Below are positions 1 to 17,081 of a stretch of 64,000 nucleotides of DNA, piece after piece. The stretch comes from the human T2T-CHM13v2.0 reference genome, Homo sapiens: assembly GCF_009914755.1 (NCBI RefSeq), contig NC_060930.1; one strand, 5' to 3'. The notes under the pieces were generated by a model that was not told the DNA's origin, did not search any database, and saw nothing but the letters and a program-made list of their open reading frames with translations. The position numbers and the translations under genes are program-made. The first letter of the stretch is position 1; each line of letters starts with the position of its first letter.

Positions 1-700
1 TGTTGTTTTGACTTTTCATTTGGAAATAATTCCAAATTTTCAGAAAAGCTTTGAGACTAACAATAGCACACACTCTTTACTGAGATCCACTTACTGTTAA
101 CACAGATAAAATTGCTTTTCTAAAACGCGCATGCCTATATAGTCACCTTTACCCTAGAATACTTGAGTGCATCTTTGCTAAGAATAGGAATATTCTCTTA
201 CAGAACCACTGAGTATTTATCCACTTGAGTAAATTTAACATTGATTTAATTTATTCAATGGTAGTCTGTATTTCCATGATGACAGTTGACCCAATAATGC
301 CCTTTCTTATTTCCTCTGGGATGGGATCCAGTCTAGGGCCCGACATTTGGATCTAGTTGTCATGTCTCTCTGGCCTCCTTTAATCAGAAACATTCCCACA
401 GCCTTCCTTTATCTTTCATAACAATGACAGGCAGCAGAATAAGTTTCCCTGTGCCTTTTAAAGACAGAACAAATGTTCTTCATTGTGTTTGTCTGATGTT
501 TCCTCACGATGAGGCGAGAAAATGAAATACTGCGTAAGTGATCCTGCATCCGTCTCAAAAAAGGTCTCATTTCTGGAGACACTGATGTCCTTCTCACCTC
601 ATTGGCGGTGTTGATTTTGATCATTCCTCCCCTCCAGGGCGTTGACTGATTTCCCCATGGTGTAAATTACTACTTTTCCTTTGCATCTAATAAGCAGCCT
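1..700 (-). mobile_element. Old L1M (L1MC-like) 3' fragment
   Basis: 'ttggaaataattccaaattttcagaaaag' and 'attctcttacagaaccac' resemble L1MC 3' ends; recognised by eye only. Confidence 0.5.
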
Positions 701-1398
701 GTGGGGAGCCTGAAATATGTTTCTTGCCAGGTGGAGGCACGGTCATAAGGAGCAGTGTGTGTGTGTGAGGATGGAGAGAAGCCCTTCCCTTCTAGGGGAA
801 CGTGAGGAGAGTGGAGGGTGCACTTCCTCCACCTGCAGCTGGAAGGTCTGTGCGCCTTTCAGTGATGAAGCTTACAGATGGATGTTGCAGGGCTTTGGGT
901 AGGGCCTGGACCAGGCTCCAGGTAGAGTATTTCGGGCTTGGATGTTTTCAGGCACCAATAAGTCAAGCTTGCATTGATGATATTACAAAGTGGCAGAGGT
1001 GCCTCCTGAATGAAAAAGAAATGGAATCCTAACCCTGACTTCTGTCTTTGAGGGTAAAACATATAAAAACATGTCTGATGCCGGATTTCTGGGAAGGGCA
1101 TTGGTTTCTGGAGGGGAGATTGATAATGGCAGAGATGGAAGTCTGGGCCAGTTTCACACCAGAGGCAGGGGGAAGTTGCAAGGAAAGATTGATTTAGGGT
1201 GTGAAATTGCCAACAGATGAAGTTGTTCCACCTGGCACCCTGGTGGTGGATGTATATGGAAGAAAACTTGCTATGAGCCGCAGTTCTGGAGCCCCTCCCT
1301 TTCTACTGTGGAACATATTGGCTCAGCACACGGAGGAGCAGAGCCCATGCTTCTTTATACATTCAGAGAGCATCAGAGCTCTCACATGTGGCTAATCA

Positions 1399-1840
<442 letters not shown>

Positions 1841-2583
1841 TTACTGATATTGGGCATCAAATTTGTCTCTGACCTTTACAGTAAAGGAAAACATGATCAG
1901 TTAATTGCAAAAATCTTGTTTCCATGAGAAAAAGCATATCAGTTACTCAGGACAAATGAAATATCCCCTGATGCTTAAATATGAATACGTTTGCCTATAA
2001 TTTGCTCATTGATCATAAAACTTTTCTTTTGTTTCACCTTCTGTCCATTTTCTCTATAATTGTTGTTTTGCTTGCTGGTGCAATGGTTGAAAGGCCTATA
2101 GATGCTGTAAGTGCTGAAGACCTGAGGATGAGGATCTGAGGATGAGGATGGGATGTACTGAAAGTGTTGGGTCATGTTGACAGAGAGCATGGGGTGATTA
2201 ACGTCACAGTCATCCCAAACCATGGATTCTAAATCTAGGGACAGGTTTTGGCCTGGTTACAGCAACTTTGCAAAGGAGTATATTGCAGCTGAGATCACCC
2301 GGGGAACTATGAAACAGGCAATAAAACAAAAGATCTTCAAGGAACACTGAGAAGGGGACTTGTAGGGATCTGCTGTGCAGCGCAAATCCAACCTCAGGAG
2401 CTTACAGCAGAGAAATCACATAGACATTCAACGAGAACAACCAAAGTTACTAAAGTAATTGTGGAAAAAGGTTATATAAAGGGGAAACAATACAACAGTA
2501 ACTCATGGGCACTACATCCTGCCTTTTGAAGGAATTTTATTTTTAGTTATTGTTAAGGATCCTGCAATGTTCTTTTTCCTTTA

Positions 2584-4241
<1,658 letters not shown>

Positions 4242-4596
4242 AGGATTCTCCAATGTGGGATGGGGGTGGAGGAGCTTGGAGGTGGATTCATTCCTTTGGG
4301 TTCAGTTAGCCAGTCAACAAACATGAATTGAACTCCTTGTGTTAGTTAGGTAGTGAGATGGGAAAGATGAACTCATGGTCCAAGATGCCCTGTGTCTGAA
4401 ATATACAAGAGGCTAGGGAGATGTGCAGCAAGGAAGTAATCGTACTGCTACGTGGTTGTGGAGCGCTTAAGAATTATTTTGAATGCTTATTTTCACAACA
4501 GCGAATCAGGTCTGCACTAGCATTCCTATTTCCCAGGCACGTTAGAGATGAAATCGGTTGTAAAAACCAATTGTCCTCCACCTTTCATTTCCCATC

Positions 4597-4615
4597 AGAC
4601 CACAAGGGGGCGCCG
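4597..4615 (+). promoter_or_regulatory. CTCF core motif
   Basis: AGACCACAAGGGGGCGCCG vs consensus CCASYAGRKGGCRS (one mismatch), inside a small non-repeat CpG cluster. Confidence 0.7.
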
Positions 4616-5737
4616 TGCGAGGCGAACACAGCCTTAGATCTGCAAAATGCTGGTCGCTGCGTGAGGGGCTTCAGAACATCCTAGGTGGTGCCCAAAGACC
4701 TTGTTGCCTGAGCTGAATAGGTGCTAGCTATTTGCACTGTCAGCGCTCTAAAGGATTTCTGGGGGCCCCCTTTCAACGGGAAGCCACCTGGTACGTGTAA
4801 ACACCCACAAGTTCACTCCCCTTTGCAAGGGGCAGAGGACCTAGTAACTTTTCTCTAGAGCGCTCTCCTCTGCATACAGGTCCCTACATGTCCCCTTCTC
4901 AGTGCTCTTTGCAGATCTTTTGTTTTCTTGCTTGTTGATTTTTCTTTTGCAAACAGGATTGGGGGACCCATTATTTATCCAAAACCTTCTTTTGTCAAAT
5001 CGTAGGTCCTTTCCAGTGTAGACTGGATGTCTAGACAGAGAGGTAGAAATAATTGCCCAAGGGCAAGGACAGCCTTCACTAAGTTGTCCATTTACATCTT
5101 TACATCATTCTAAAAATACACCCACACCAGCCCTTTGTCTTGATATTTTAACATTGGGCAAGGCTGAAATAAGTTACTTCTCTGACCACTGTTTAAAATG
5201 TCTCATTCACAACCATTGTTCTTGGAGACTTCAACTTCTTTAATAGGAATTTAAGTCACAAAGGGCCCAGATGGTTCTGAAAAAAAAACCCGTTAGGCTG
5301 CCTGGGTCATAAAGAAGGCTCATAAACTGCGCTTGGATGATGACTGGGTGAGGGGCTGTGTGGGGGATAGACAATGTCTGGTGTCTGGTGGTCTCCTGAC
5401 TGCCAGGCAGGCCAGAGAAAATTAGGGGTATGTTTTCATTTAACATCATTCCCTGCTGACTCTTGTCTCTCTGGAAAATTGACAGTTAGGAGACAAAGTA
5501 AGGTGCCCTTTCTGTTAACTCAGTTTTCTTAATTATAGTTGTTGGGAGATGACTTAAATCATGCTGTGAGGTATGGTGGTGGTTCCTGCCCCTCAATGCC
5601 CCCTCCCAGGCTGCAGAGGAATTTGCTTTAGAGATTGGTAATAGTTGAGTCTGAGATGAAGGTCAGTCAGTGTGCTGAAGCTTTTCAGTTGCCCTTGTAG
5701 AGGTTTCTCCCCCTGCAGGCTGGCCTCTACTCATTAA

Positions 5738-6155
5738 AACCTTTTCTTTCTTTCTTTGTTTCTTTCCTTCCTTCTTTCTTTTTCTTTTTCTTTCTTTCTT
5801 TCTTTCTTTTCTTTCTCTCTTTTTTTCTTTCTTTCCTTCTTTCCTTCGTTCGTTCGTTCTTTTTTTTTTTTTTTTTTTTTCTGAGTCTCACTCTGTTGCC
5901 CAGGCTGGAGTGCAGTGGTGCGATCTTGGCTCACTGCAACCTTCGTCTCCCAGGTTCAAGCGATCCTCTTGCCTCAGCCTCCTGAGTAGCTGGGACTACA
6001 AGCTCCCGCCACCATGCCTGGCTAATTTTTGTATTTTTAGTAGAGACAGATTTCACTATGTTAGCCAGGCTGGTCTTGAACTCCTGACCTCATGATCCCC
6101 CCGCCTTGGCCTCCCAAAGTGCTGGGATTATAGGCGTGAGCCACCGTGCCTGGCC
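5738..6155 (-). mobile_element. Alu with tail expanded into a long (CTTT/CCTT/CGTT)n polypyrimidine tract
   Basis: Reverse Alu about 5860-6155 preceded by about 120 nt of pyrimidine microsatellite. Confidence 0.92.
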
Positions 6156-6419
6156 TAGAACTATTTCAAGGCTGTTTTTCTCTTTTCTTTTCCTTCTTTT
6201 TTCCCAACCATAAAATAAGCATGTGCCTACACATCCACGCCCTAGGAGGAAGTAAAGTGGGCTTAACTTAGCCTCCTCCAGCTAAGAGTCTGGAGGTTCT
6301 TGCCCAATGTTGCTCCTCCCTCATGCGCTTTGCTCAGTGCCAGGGAGGGGGAGTGCAGTAAGTGTGGATTGCACCCCAGGCTGGTTCCATGGAGATGGAA
6401 ATAGCGTTGGCACATCCTA

Positions 6420-7885
<1,466 letters not shown>

Positions 7886-8444
7886 AAGTTGTATTGATAG
7901 TAGTGCAAACTTGGAGGAGAGGCTAATAAAGCCTGTCCAAAATATACCACCCACCAGGTGTGTATAACTTACTCTCTGCCTTTCCTGACTTGTATTTTGA
8001 ATGTCAGAGATGAAGGTGAATAACAATGAGTAAATAGGATGAAAGAACAGAAAAATCAAAGATACTCAGGAATGACTGAGTGGCCCAGAGAGGCTGTTCA
8101 GGAGAATTCATGAAAGGATATAGTAGGAAATGAGAGTGAAAGAGCCATTTGGGGTTAGATCATGATGGGCCTTAAAAGCCACATCATATACTTTAAAGTG
8201 TTAGACTTTAGAGAAAGAATAATAGCACATAAGTGATGCTGTACTAGAAACAAGCTGTGGTCTCACTATATTTACTGTAAAGATGATATGTCATGATGCT
8301 GTATGATTTACTGTGTTATAGTAACCCGTTATGAAGACCCTGGTGAGAAATCTCTCTGAGGTCCCAGTATGGGAAACAGTGGGCTTGATTTCATTTTATG
8401 GATACTTATAAATCATATAACGGATTTCATTTTCCTTCCTTCCT

Positions 8445-8762
8445 TCCTTCTTTCTTTCTTTTTCTTTTTCTTTTTTGAGATGGAGCCTTGCTTAGTCGCC
8501 CAGGCTGGAGTGCAGTGGCGTGATCTTGGCTTACTACAACCTCCGCCTCCCAGGTTCAAGCAATTCTCCTGCCTCAGCCCCCCGAGAGTAGCTGGGATTA
8601 CAGGCTCCCACCACCACGCCCAGCTAATTTTTGTATTTTTTTAGTAGAGATGGGGTTTCACCATGTTGGCCAGTCTGGTCGTGAACTCCTGACCTCAGGT
8701 GATCTGCCCACCTTGGCCTCCCAAAGTGTTGGGATTACAGGCGTGAGCCACCGCACCCGGCC
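8445..8762 (-). mobile_element. AluS-type
   Basis: Reverse Alu consensus. Confidence 0.95.
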
Positions 8763-10137
8763 GGATCTCATTTTCTTTATCTCATGGGCTGTCCAGAAAA
8801 CTCAAGGCCAAAGTTCACAGGCCTTTGCAACATGCATTTTGTGTATGAACTACGTTAACAGCTACGTCTTATTTTTTTTACCTTTATTTTCTTTTTATTC
8901 AGTTGTCTTCTTCTAAAACGAAAATATTGTATGCACCTTAGTCTTTGTGGGGAGAAAGAGACTAGTTATATGAATTAATAAATAATGTGAGTATTTTACT
9001 ATTAGGAAAATTAATTGCAAAGAGGACCATATTCAAAATCACATACAAATGTCATAATATTTAAAATTGCACGCGAATATCTTTTGTCCATGCCTCTTAC
9101 CTGATTTGGGGTAAAGCTACCAGCTAAACCCTGCTCAGGTCATGACTGTAATGCAATTACCCAGAGAATATCCTTTGTACACTTTTCTACCTGCAGCTCC
9201 CAGAGTGCTTGTGTGGTATAGGGAAAGGGCTACTTCCATTTTCCAGCCTTGAAACTTGGGCCAAGTTGTTTAATTCCCTTCTAGCTTCAGCCTCCTCCTC
9301 TGTAAAGTGAAAATAAGAACTATCTATAAGAGGTTTGCTATGAGGGCAAAGATAATGTGCTTGATGTAGTGTCTGCTGACTCAAACTAGACACCAATAAA
9401 TGGTGGCGATTGATGTCATTTATACACTAGCACATCTATTGATCTTATGCCTTAACATAGCCAGGGTTTAACCACTTAAATCATATTTTTTCAAAGTATG
9501 TATTTGTCCTTATCATTCTTGCCACCTTCAAAAGCCTTTCCATGCATCAAGCACCTCTTCTTAGATTAAATTTCTAGATGGGCCAGACAATGTGTCTCTG
9601 ACTCTATTTATCTTCCCATTTGTATGTATTTTATTTTTCTTTCACTTTTTTGGTTCTCTTCTGAGAGATATTTTTATTTTAAAATTCTTCATATAAAATT
9701 GGGCTTTCCAAAGCATTTCTACAAAAAAATCCTGGTCCCAAGGAGTTGATGATTTGGGAAAGCTCATCCAAATTAATTATTGGTTTGTTTCCTCCATGTT
9801 TATTCTAAGACAAATATTCAGATAATCAGAAATGAATGGGGGAAATAATAAAGTATCTTCACATACTTATTTAGAAGCTTTGTACAGATTCAGGGTGAGT
9901 ATGGGTGCTAAAGATCAGAACAGGTGCTGCCCCGTAGCCTATTGGTTCTAAAAGACTGTTAAAGACAGAGGACTTGACCTTGATGAATGTAGTCGAGAAC
10001 AATAATGATTCTGTGAGCTGAGTCACATTGGCGGGCCTCACCCTTTTGTTGGGGGAGGAAAACGAAAACTATCTGAATATCCTAGACCAGGTTTTTATAA
10101 ATGTTAAGAGAGAAAACAGCTTTTAGGGTCAAAATAA

Positions 10138-10608
<471 letters not shown>

Positions 10609-11122
10609 TGACTGTTTGTTTCTGACTATATCTTGAGAACCTAGATGACCTAAGAACATAGCATTTTGCTTTAGCATATACTGTGTATCTCTTGCAGTCT
10701 GTTACTTGTTTCACTGACTCTTTTCTAATCACCCTGTGTCAGGGTCTTTCTTGCTTCTTCTCTCTGTCTCTCTCCTCTGCTCTTTCCTCTCCTCTGCTCT
10801 CCATCCCCTCCCTTTTATCCTTTCATAGTCTTCACTATCTTTATCATCTTTGTCTCATCCAGGCTCCCCATCCTGCTTTCTCTCCTTTCTCTTCTTTGAA
10901 AGGATATGATGCCATCTAATGCCCAGTTTCATTAGGCCAACGAATATTTGGTATGTCTATTCTGAATGAATTCTCTGAAGGTACAAAATGCAAAGCCAAA
11001 GTCGCTGCAGTGTGATTCTAGAGAGCCCCTCATCACCTAAACTCTCCACTGCATCTCTGCAGCACGCCGTCCTGGCCACCAGCCTTTGCCAGGCTTTCCT
11101 GTGCCGTCCAGTTAGCCTTTCT

Positions 11123-11476
11123 GGTATAGTCTGAATGTATCTCCCAAAAAGCGTGTGTTGGAAACGTAATCCCCCTTGCAACAGCATTTGGAGGTGGGGC
11201 CTAATGGGAAGTATGGAGAGCTCCACCCTCATGCATGGTTAATGGGGATTATAAAATTTTGGGCTTGAGGCTGCCGGTTCAATCCCTTGCTCTCTCGTGC
11301 TCTCTTGCCTTTCTACCTTCCATCATGGGATGATGCAGCAAGAAGGCCCTCACTGGATGTGAGCCCTCAACCTTGAACTTCTCAGGTTCCAGAACTGTGA
11401 GAAATACATTTCTGTTCTTTATACATTACCCAGTCTTTGGTATTCTGTGATAGCAGCACAGTACAGACAAAGACAC
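11123..11476 (+). mobile_element. MaLR solo LTR (MST/MLT1A-like)
   Basis: 'tatagtctgaatgt...gttggaaacgtaatcccc...ccagaactgtgagaaatacatttctgttcttta...ttacccagtctttggtattctg...aagaca' is typical of MaLR LTRs. Confidence 0.8.
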
Positions 11477-12179
11477 CTTTCTTTATGATCAACCTCTTCA
11501 ACCCCACCCTTGGCAAAAAGCTCTTTCTCACCAGCTAGATCACTTTGATTTTTCTCATTCTCTCTACTTTAAAGTCTTTGCCTGTAAATTACTTAAACAT
11601 TTGTCTATAATCTGCCTTCAATTGTTTAAAGGACATGTTTACTTTTTATTTCAAACAAAGGGAGGCAGAATCCACGTCTCCCTTCTTCTCCTGTCCCTTT
11701 GGTCCACAGCACGTTGCTGAGCACACAGAGACACTGGCTGTGAGGTGGGGCCAGCTCCTCTGGCGGAGACAGCTGGGGTTCTATTGATACGCAGGGCAGA
11801 TTTGCCTGCTCTGGCCGGCCAGGCAGGAAATGTTCAATGAATAAGTGAATCCTTGTTGTTTTTTATGTTCTTTGGTGAATGACAATATTTCTTTTGTCAT
11901 AATCCCTCAAAAATATAAAGAATGTAGATGTGGTTTATGGGGAAGCATCTAAAACCCAGACAGGCTTTTACCAACTCAGGGTTAGGAAGCCACATTTGTC
12001 TTCCTGGTGGGACATGAACGAGCTCAGTATCATTGACTCTAAAGCAGTAGCCTGCTATGGATTTAGAAGCTTGGCTTTCCGGTTTGTTCTCTTTCTATGG
12101 AACCGCCAATGTTTCTGTGAACTGCTGATAATATTGACTTGAAAAATTGGAGCATTAGAGTTAGTCGGGAAATGCTTTG

Positions 12180-14720
12180 CCTCTTTTTAAAATCAACTTT
12201 ATTCAGGTAAGGCTTATATACAATAAAATGCACCTATTTTTAGTGTATTTTATAATAAGTTTTGACAAATTTATCCATGCACACAATTACTGCAACAATC
12301 AAGATATAGATACCGTGCTGTCCAGTAGAGTAGCCACTAAACACATGTGGCTATTTCAAGTCTAATGAGCTAAAATTAAAATGAAAAACGTCCTCAGTTG
12401 TACTAGGTATGTTTCAAATCCTCAGTAGCCATATGTGACTGTTATTCAGCATATTAGACAGTGCAAATGGAAGACATTTCTACCATTGCAGAAAGTTCTG
12501 CAGTGTTGGACAGTGATGATATAAAACATATCCATCCTACCAAAAGGCTCCTTCGTGCTCTTTCCCAAATAATCGCCAACCCCTACCCCTGGCCTTAGGA
12601 AATCACAGGTCTAATTTTTGTCACTACAGATTAGATTCCTGCCTTCTGGAGCTTCATACAGAATTCCTCTTTATTTGCCTGGCTTTCATTCAGCATGTTT
12701 CTGAGGTTGATCTGCTCATGTTGTTACATGTCTAATTTGTTCACTCCTTTTCATTGCTCAATAGTATTCCATTGTATAAATAGACCACAATTTACTTATC
12801 TACTCACCTGTTGATGACATTTGGGTTGTTTCTATTTGGCACAATTATGAATAAAGAAATTAGCTTTTCATATGGATATATGTTTTCATTTTTTGGGGGG
12901 TAAATATCTATGATTGGGATTGCTGGGTTATGTTGAAAGCATATGTTTAACTTTATTAGAGGTTACCAAACCATTTTCTAAAACGATTGTACCATTTTAC
13001 ACTCCTATCAGCAATGGAAGAGAGTTCCATTCTTACCAATTATTACTGGTTTTATTTTGTTTTGTTTGCTTGTTCTATTAATTACTGAGAGACAAGTATT
13101 GAAATCTCTACCTATCATTATAGATTTTCTATTTGTCCTTTCAGTTATATCAGTTTCAGCTTCATGTATTTTGAGACTTCGTGATTGGTACATACACATT
13201 TAGGAATGTTTTGTCTTTTTTATGAATTAATCCCTTTATCATGAAATGCCTCTCTTTGCCCTTGTTCTGAATTCTACTCTGTCTGTTAATAATATAGCTG
13301 CTCCGGCTTTTTAAGAAAAAAATAGAATGCACATGGTACATCTCTTTCTATCCCCTTGTTTTTAATTTATCTGTGTATTTTTATTTCAAGCGAGCGTCTT
13401 TTAAATAGCATATAGTTGGTCTTGCATTTTAAAATCCAGGCTGAGAATCTCTAACTTTTAATGGGAGTGCCTAGACCATTTACTTTGAAAAAATTAACAA
13501 AGAATAAACTGTACATATTTAAAGTGTACAATCTGAAGAGGTTTGGCATGCATACATCTGTGAAACCATCACCACAATCAAGACAATGGACACTGCTTTC
13601 ATTCCCAAGTTTCCATGGACTTCTTTGGAATCCATTCCTTCCACCATTTCTCTCTAGGCAACCACTTATGTGCTTTCTGTCCCTATAGGTTAGTTTGAAT
13701 TTTCTAAAATTTTGTATAAATGGAAACATAGCACATGTATTCTTTTTGTCTTGCTTCTTTTTTGCGTCATAATGATTTTGAAGTTCATTCATGTTGGCTA
13801 TTTGTTGCAATATTTTTCCTTTTGATTTCTGTGTAGTATTCCATTGTGTGGATATACCGCAGTGATTTTATTCATTCATATAGATGAACAAACATCTGGG
13901 TTCTTTCTAGCTTTTGCTATTACAAATAGAGCTGCTATAAATATTTTTATGTAAGTCTTTGTATGGACATATGCTTTTATTTCTTCTGGGTAAATACCTA
14001 GAAGAGAAATTGCTAGGTCATAGGGTAGACATAGGTTTAACTTTTTAGGAAATCGCCAATCTGTTTTCCATAGTGTTTGTACTGTTTAACATTCTTACCA
14101 GTGATATACAAGAGCAATGTTTGCTCCCCTTTCTTGCACCAACACAGGGTATCATTTGTCTTTTTAATTTTAGTGATTCTATTTGGTGTGGTGTTTATTT
14201 ACTTTTTCCATTTACCTACATAAGTCTTCTTTTATGAAGTTTCTTCTCCAAATTTTTGCCGAGTTAAAAAAATTTAGTTTTTTGTCTCCTAAGTCTGATG
14301 TAAGTCCTTGGCTGATAGATGTGATGTATTTTCTCCCATTTTCTGGCTTGACTTTTGGTTTTTTAATGGTATCCTCAGAAGAATAAGAGTTTTTAATCTT
14401 GACAAAGTCCAATAAATCATTTTTTTTCTGAGTTAAGTTTTTAAAGTGTTTCAAATATGGAAATTTTGTCTACCTAAGATAACAAAGATTTTCTCCTATG
14501 TTTTCTTCTAGGAGTTTTAAGTTTTACATTTAGGTCTATGATCCATTTGGGTTAATCTTTGGGTAGAACGTAAGGTACACATTCATTTTATTTCATAGAT
14601 CTAGTTGTTCCCGCACCACTTTTTTTTTCGGAAGAGTTTTCATTCCCTCCTTGAAGTGCCTTGACATTTTGTCAAAAATAAGTTAATGCTTATATGTGTG
14701 GGCAAAATGGTACATGATAC
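12180..14720 (-). mobile_element. Cluster of old L1M fragments (3' ends near 12180 and 13490) with a nested MER3-like element
   Basis: L1M 3'UTR motifs 'tagtattccattgt...ccacaattta', 'gggtaaatacctagaag', 'gtgaaaccatcaccacaatcaaga'. Confidence 0.75.
12312..12516. mobile_element. MER3/MER33-like hAT-Charlie DNA transposon
   Basis: TIR-like ends 'gtgctgtcca' and 'ttggacagtg'; internal 'gtagccac...catgtggcta'. Confidence 0.7.
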
Positions 14721-15239
14721 ATTTAAATAATTTGTCTGTAAATCTCAGTGGGATACCTGAATAAAAGAGTGGGCCAACCATTAAAAATGATAATTACATG
14801 ATTACAAATCTCTTATTTTCATTAAATATAGTTTGCTTTAAATTATTTCTTTATGACTATTCCAAAACAAATAGAAAAATTTTCTTTGATTCTAAAAACC
14901 ACATGACTGGTAACATCCATATTATGAAAACAAATCATCCTATATGTTACTGAGTGTATGGGTTTTTTGGTGAACACAAGTCTTGTTCCAGATATTTGAA
15001 TTTGATAATGTTCACAGATTCTAGAATTTTCTTTGAATGCAAATACACTTGGAAGTGACACATATACAGAAAAAACCAAACCCTCAATTTTCCTAAAAAA
15101 ATCCAGACCTATAGCATTGCTAAAATAATCATAATTTAACTTTTTATATTAGGAGTACCAAAGTAAGCCAATATTTAATTCTGTGACAGAGGAGTATGAA
15201 AAAGAAAACCCAGTGGCTATGAAAACAGAGATCTAAAAA

Positions 15240-15245
15240 TTTAAT
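15240..15245 (-). terminator. Distal polyadenylation signal ATTAAA
   Basis: Plus tttaat; minus-strand downstream element GGGTTTTCTTTTTC about 30-45 nt further. Confidence 0.65.
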
Positions 15246-16725
15246 GATTTAAAAATAGCCTCTACATACAAGACGGCAAAGAGTAATACAGATTGAACAT
15301 TTGGTTTTAAAAATGTGAAATGTCTCCACTTAGCGTAGATCAATCAAGTCAGCCATCTCCTAAGAAATACACATTATACAATGAAATCTACAAAGACACA
15401 CTTTTTAACTTCAAGCGTTGTTGATTTTCAGCAACCCTCTTCCCACATGAACATTTCCTTGTAATGTAATGTATGACTTTTAATCTTCTTTTGGCAGAGT
15501 AGGACTTTGAGAATTATAATAGCAGTTGTTTTGAAAAGCACCTTCTATGATCATTTATTTCCACTGATTTTTTTTTAATCACGCTGAGAACATGCATTTT
15601 TGTTTTTTAAATCCTTTTCTGTTCCAATGATTTGGTTGTTTAAAACAAGCAAGCTTAATTCAGTCAGGCATATATTGCAAATAAAAACATGTTTCCAAGT
15701 AGGCTGGAATAAAAATGCTAAATAAGAACTGGGCCAAAAGATCATAGATAATGTGCTTCTTCTCTTGGTAATATGTGAATACATTTACCCATGGGGTAGA
15801 AGTATTTCACCTGCCCCATGAAGAACCTGATGGCTTGTGGTGTCTGTGCTGTGTCAATACTAACAGATGTGAGGAGACAGACTATGGAATGGACGCTGTG
15901 ACTATCTGTGAGATAGTGGAAGGGGTTATACACACTGGCCACAGGAAGTTGCAAAAATTAGATGGACTCTGTGTAGCTAGCCACTCTTGAGTGTCAGGTC
16001 TGCATATGTGAGTTTTAAAGAAGGTGCAAGATAGCAATAAATTCCCTTAGAGAGCAGGATATGTCCTGGTAGCTCTATAGTTCCATGATCAAGGACCTGG
16101 CCAGTTTCCCTCAGGTAATGGGGGTAGTAGCACCAAAGTGAATATTAAGAGTCAGAAAGGCCTCTACTTGCAACTGGCGGATCAAACCATTCCCCTATTT
16201 TGGTGAACAATCATAGTCTGATACGCCTTTGTAAATCTTTGCTGCAAATATGGTTTTTACAACTCTAAAAACATCTTTTGGAAAACCTCATGACTGAACC
16301 ACTCACAAATGCAGAAGATTGAACAGCCCCAGGGAGGCAATTGCTCTCCTTTTATTGTAGCTGTCTCTCAGTATTGAAACAACCCAATCCTAACTGTGGT
16401 CCTGGCCTCTAAACACACAGGTCTCTCTTCCCTCCAGCACCTGAACTATCAGAGCTTGGATCCACATATATATTCTGAAATTTGCTCCGCAAGAGGGCTT
16501 TTGGGCACTTGGCCATCATGTGTTTAAGATGGTCAGTTTTGAAAAGAGTTTTCAAAACAAGAATAAGTCATGCTATGCCTCATGATTTGGAAGGTGAACA
16601 CTTGCAAATAAACTATGCTTCCCAGATTTGGGAGTGCCAGGCTCAGAATCATCACAAGGACGTGGAGAACAATATTATAACCAGCTGGTATGTTTTTAAC
16701 AACAACAAAAAAAATGCAGCATTAG

Positions 16726-16744
16726 AAGGTGCTTACTAAGGTGC
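16726..16744 (-). promoter_or_regulatory. Tandem miR-18a/b-5p seed sites in the 3'UTR
   Basis: mRNA GCACCUUA (8mer, 16737-16744) and GCACCUU (16726-16732); a third site at 16021-16027. Confidence 0.75.
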
Positions 16745-17027
16745 TTCGTAATTCATGGTTTTTTTTTTAATGAAATGCATCAGACAAACATCTACAAACA
16801 AACATGAATACATGGGCATACAAAAGCACGTGGACAAGTTTTCTGTACAGTTTATGTCTCAGATACTTCTATGTATACATAAGAACCACTCAGGGGGAAA
16901 AAAAAAGATTTCCCTCTCCAGCTCCCTGAATTTCTGAAAGTTGTCTGACCCATAAAATGTTAAAATATTTCATTTTTATATAAAATATCTACAAAAATAG
17001 ATAACATTTACAAAAACCAGACAGTAT

Positions 17028-17035
17028 TTCCAGTT
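17028..17035 (-). promoter_or_regulatory. miR-145-5p 8mer site in the proximal 3'UTR
   Basis: mRNA AACUGGAA (plus ttccagtt), about 47 nt after the stop. Confidence 0.7.
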
Positions 17036-17081
17036 TTCCTTAGTAACCGTTAACGCAGTCCCCTTCCTCTTTTTTTTCTTC

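Larger units (their letters stand above)
15220..17081 (-). other. NEDD9: NEDD9 3'UTR (distal end approximate)
   Basis: AU-rich sequence with no obvious interspersed repeat after the stop; ATTAAA at 15240-15245 followed by a U-rich downstream tract on the minus strand. Confidence 0.75.

Noticed and set aside
2122-2149. 14-bp tandem duplication CTGAGGATGAGGAT x2
   Set aside because: Ordinary slippage micro-duplication.
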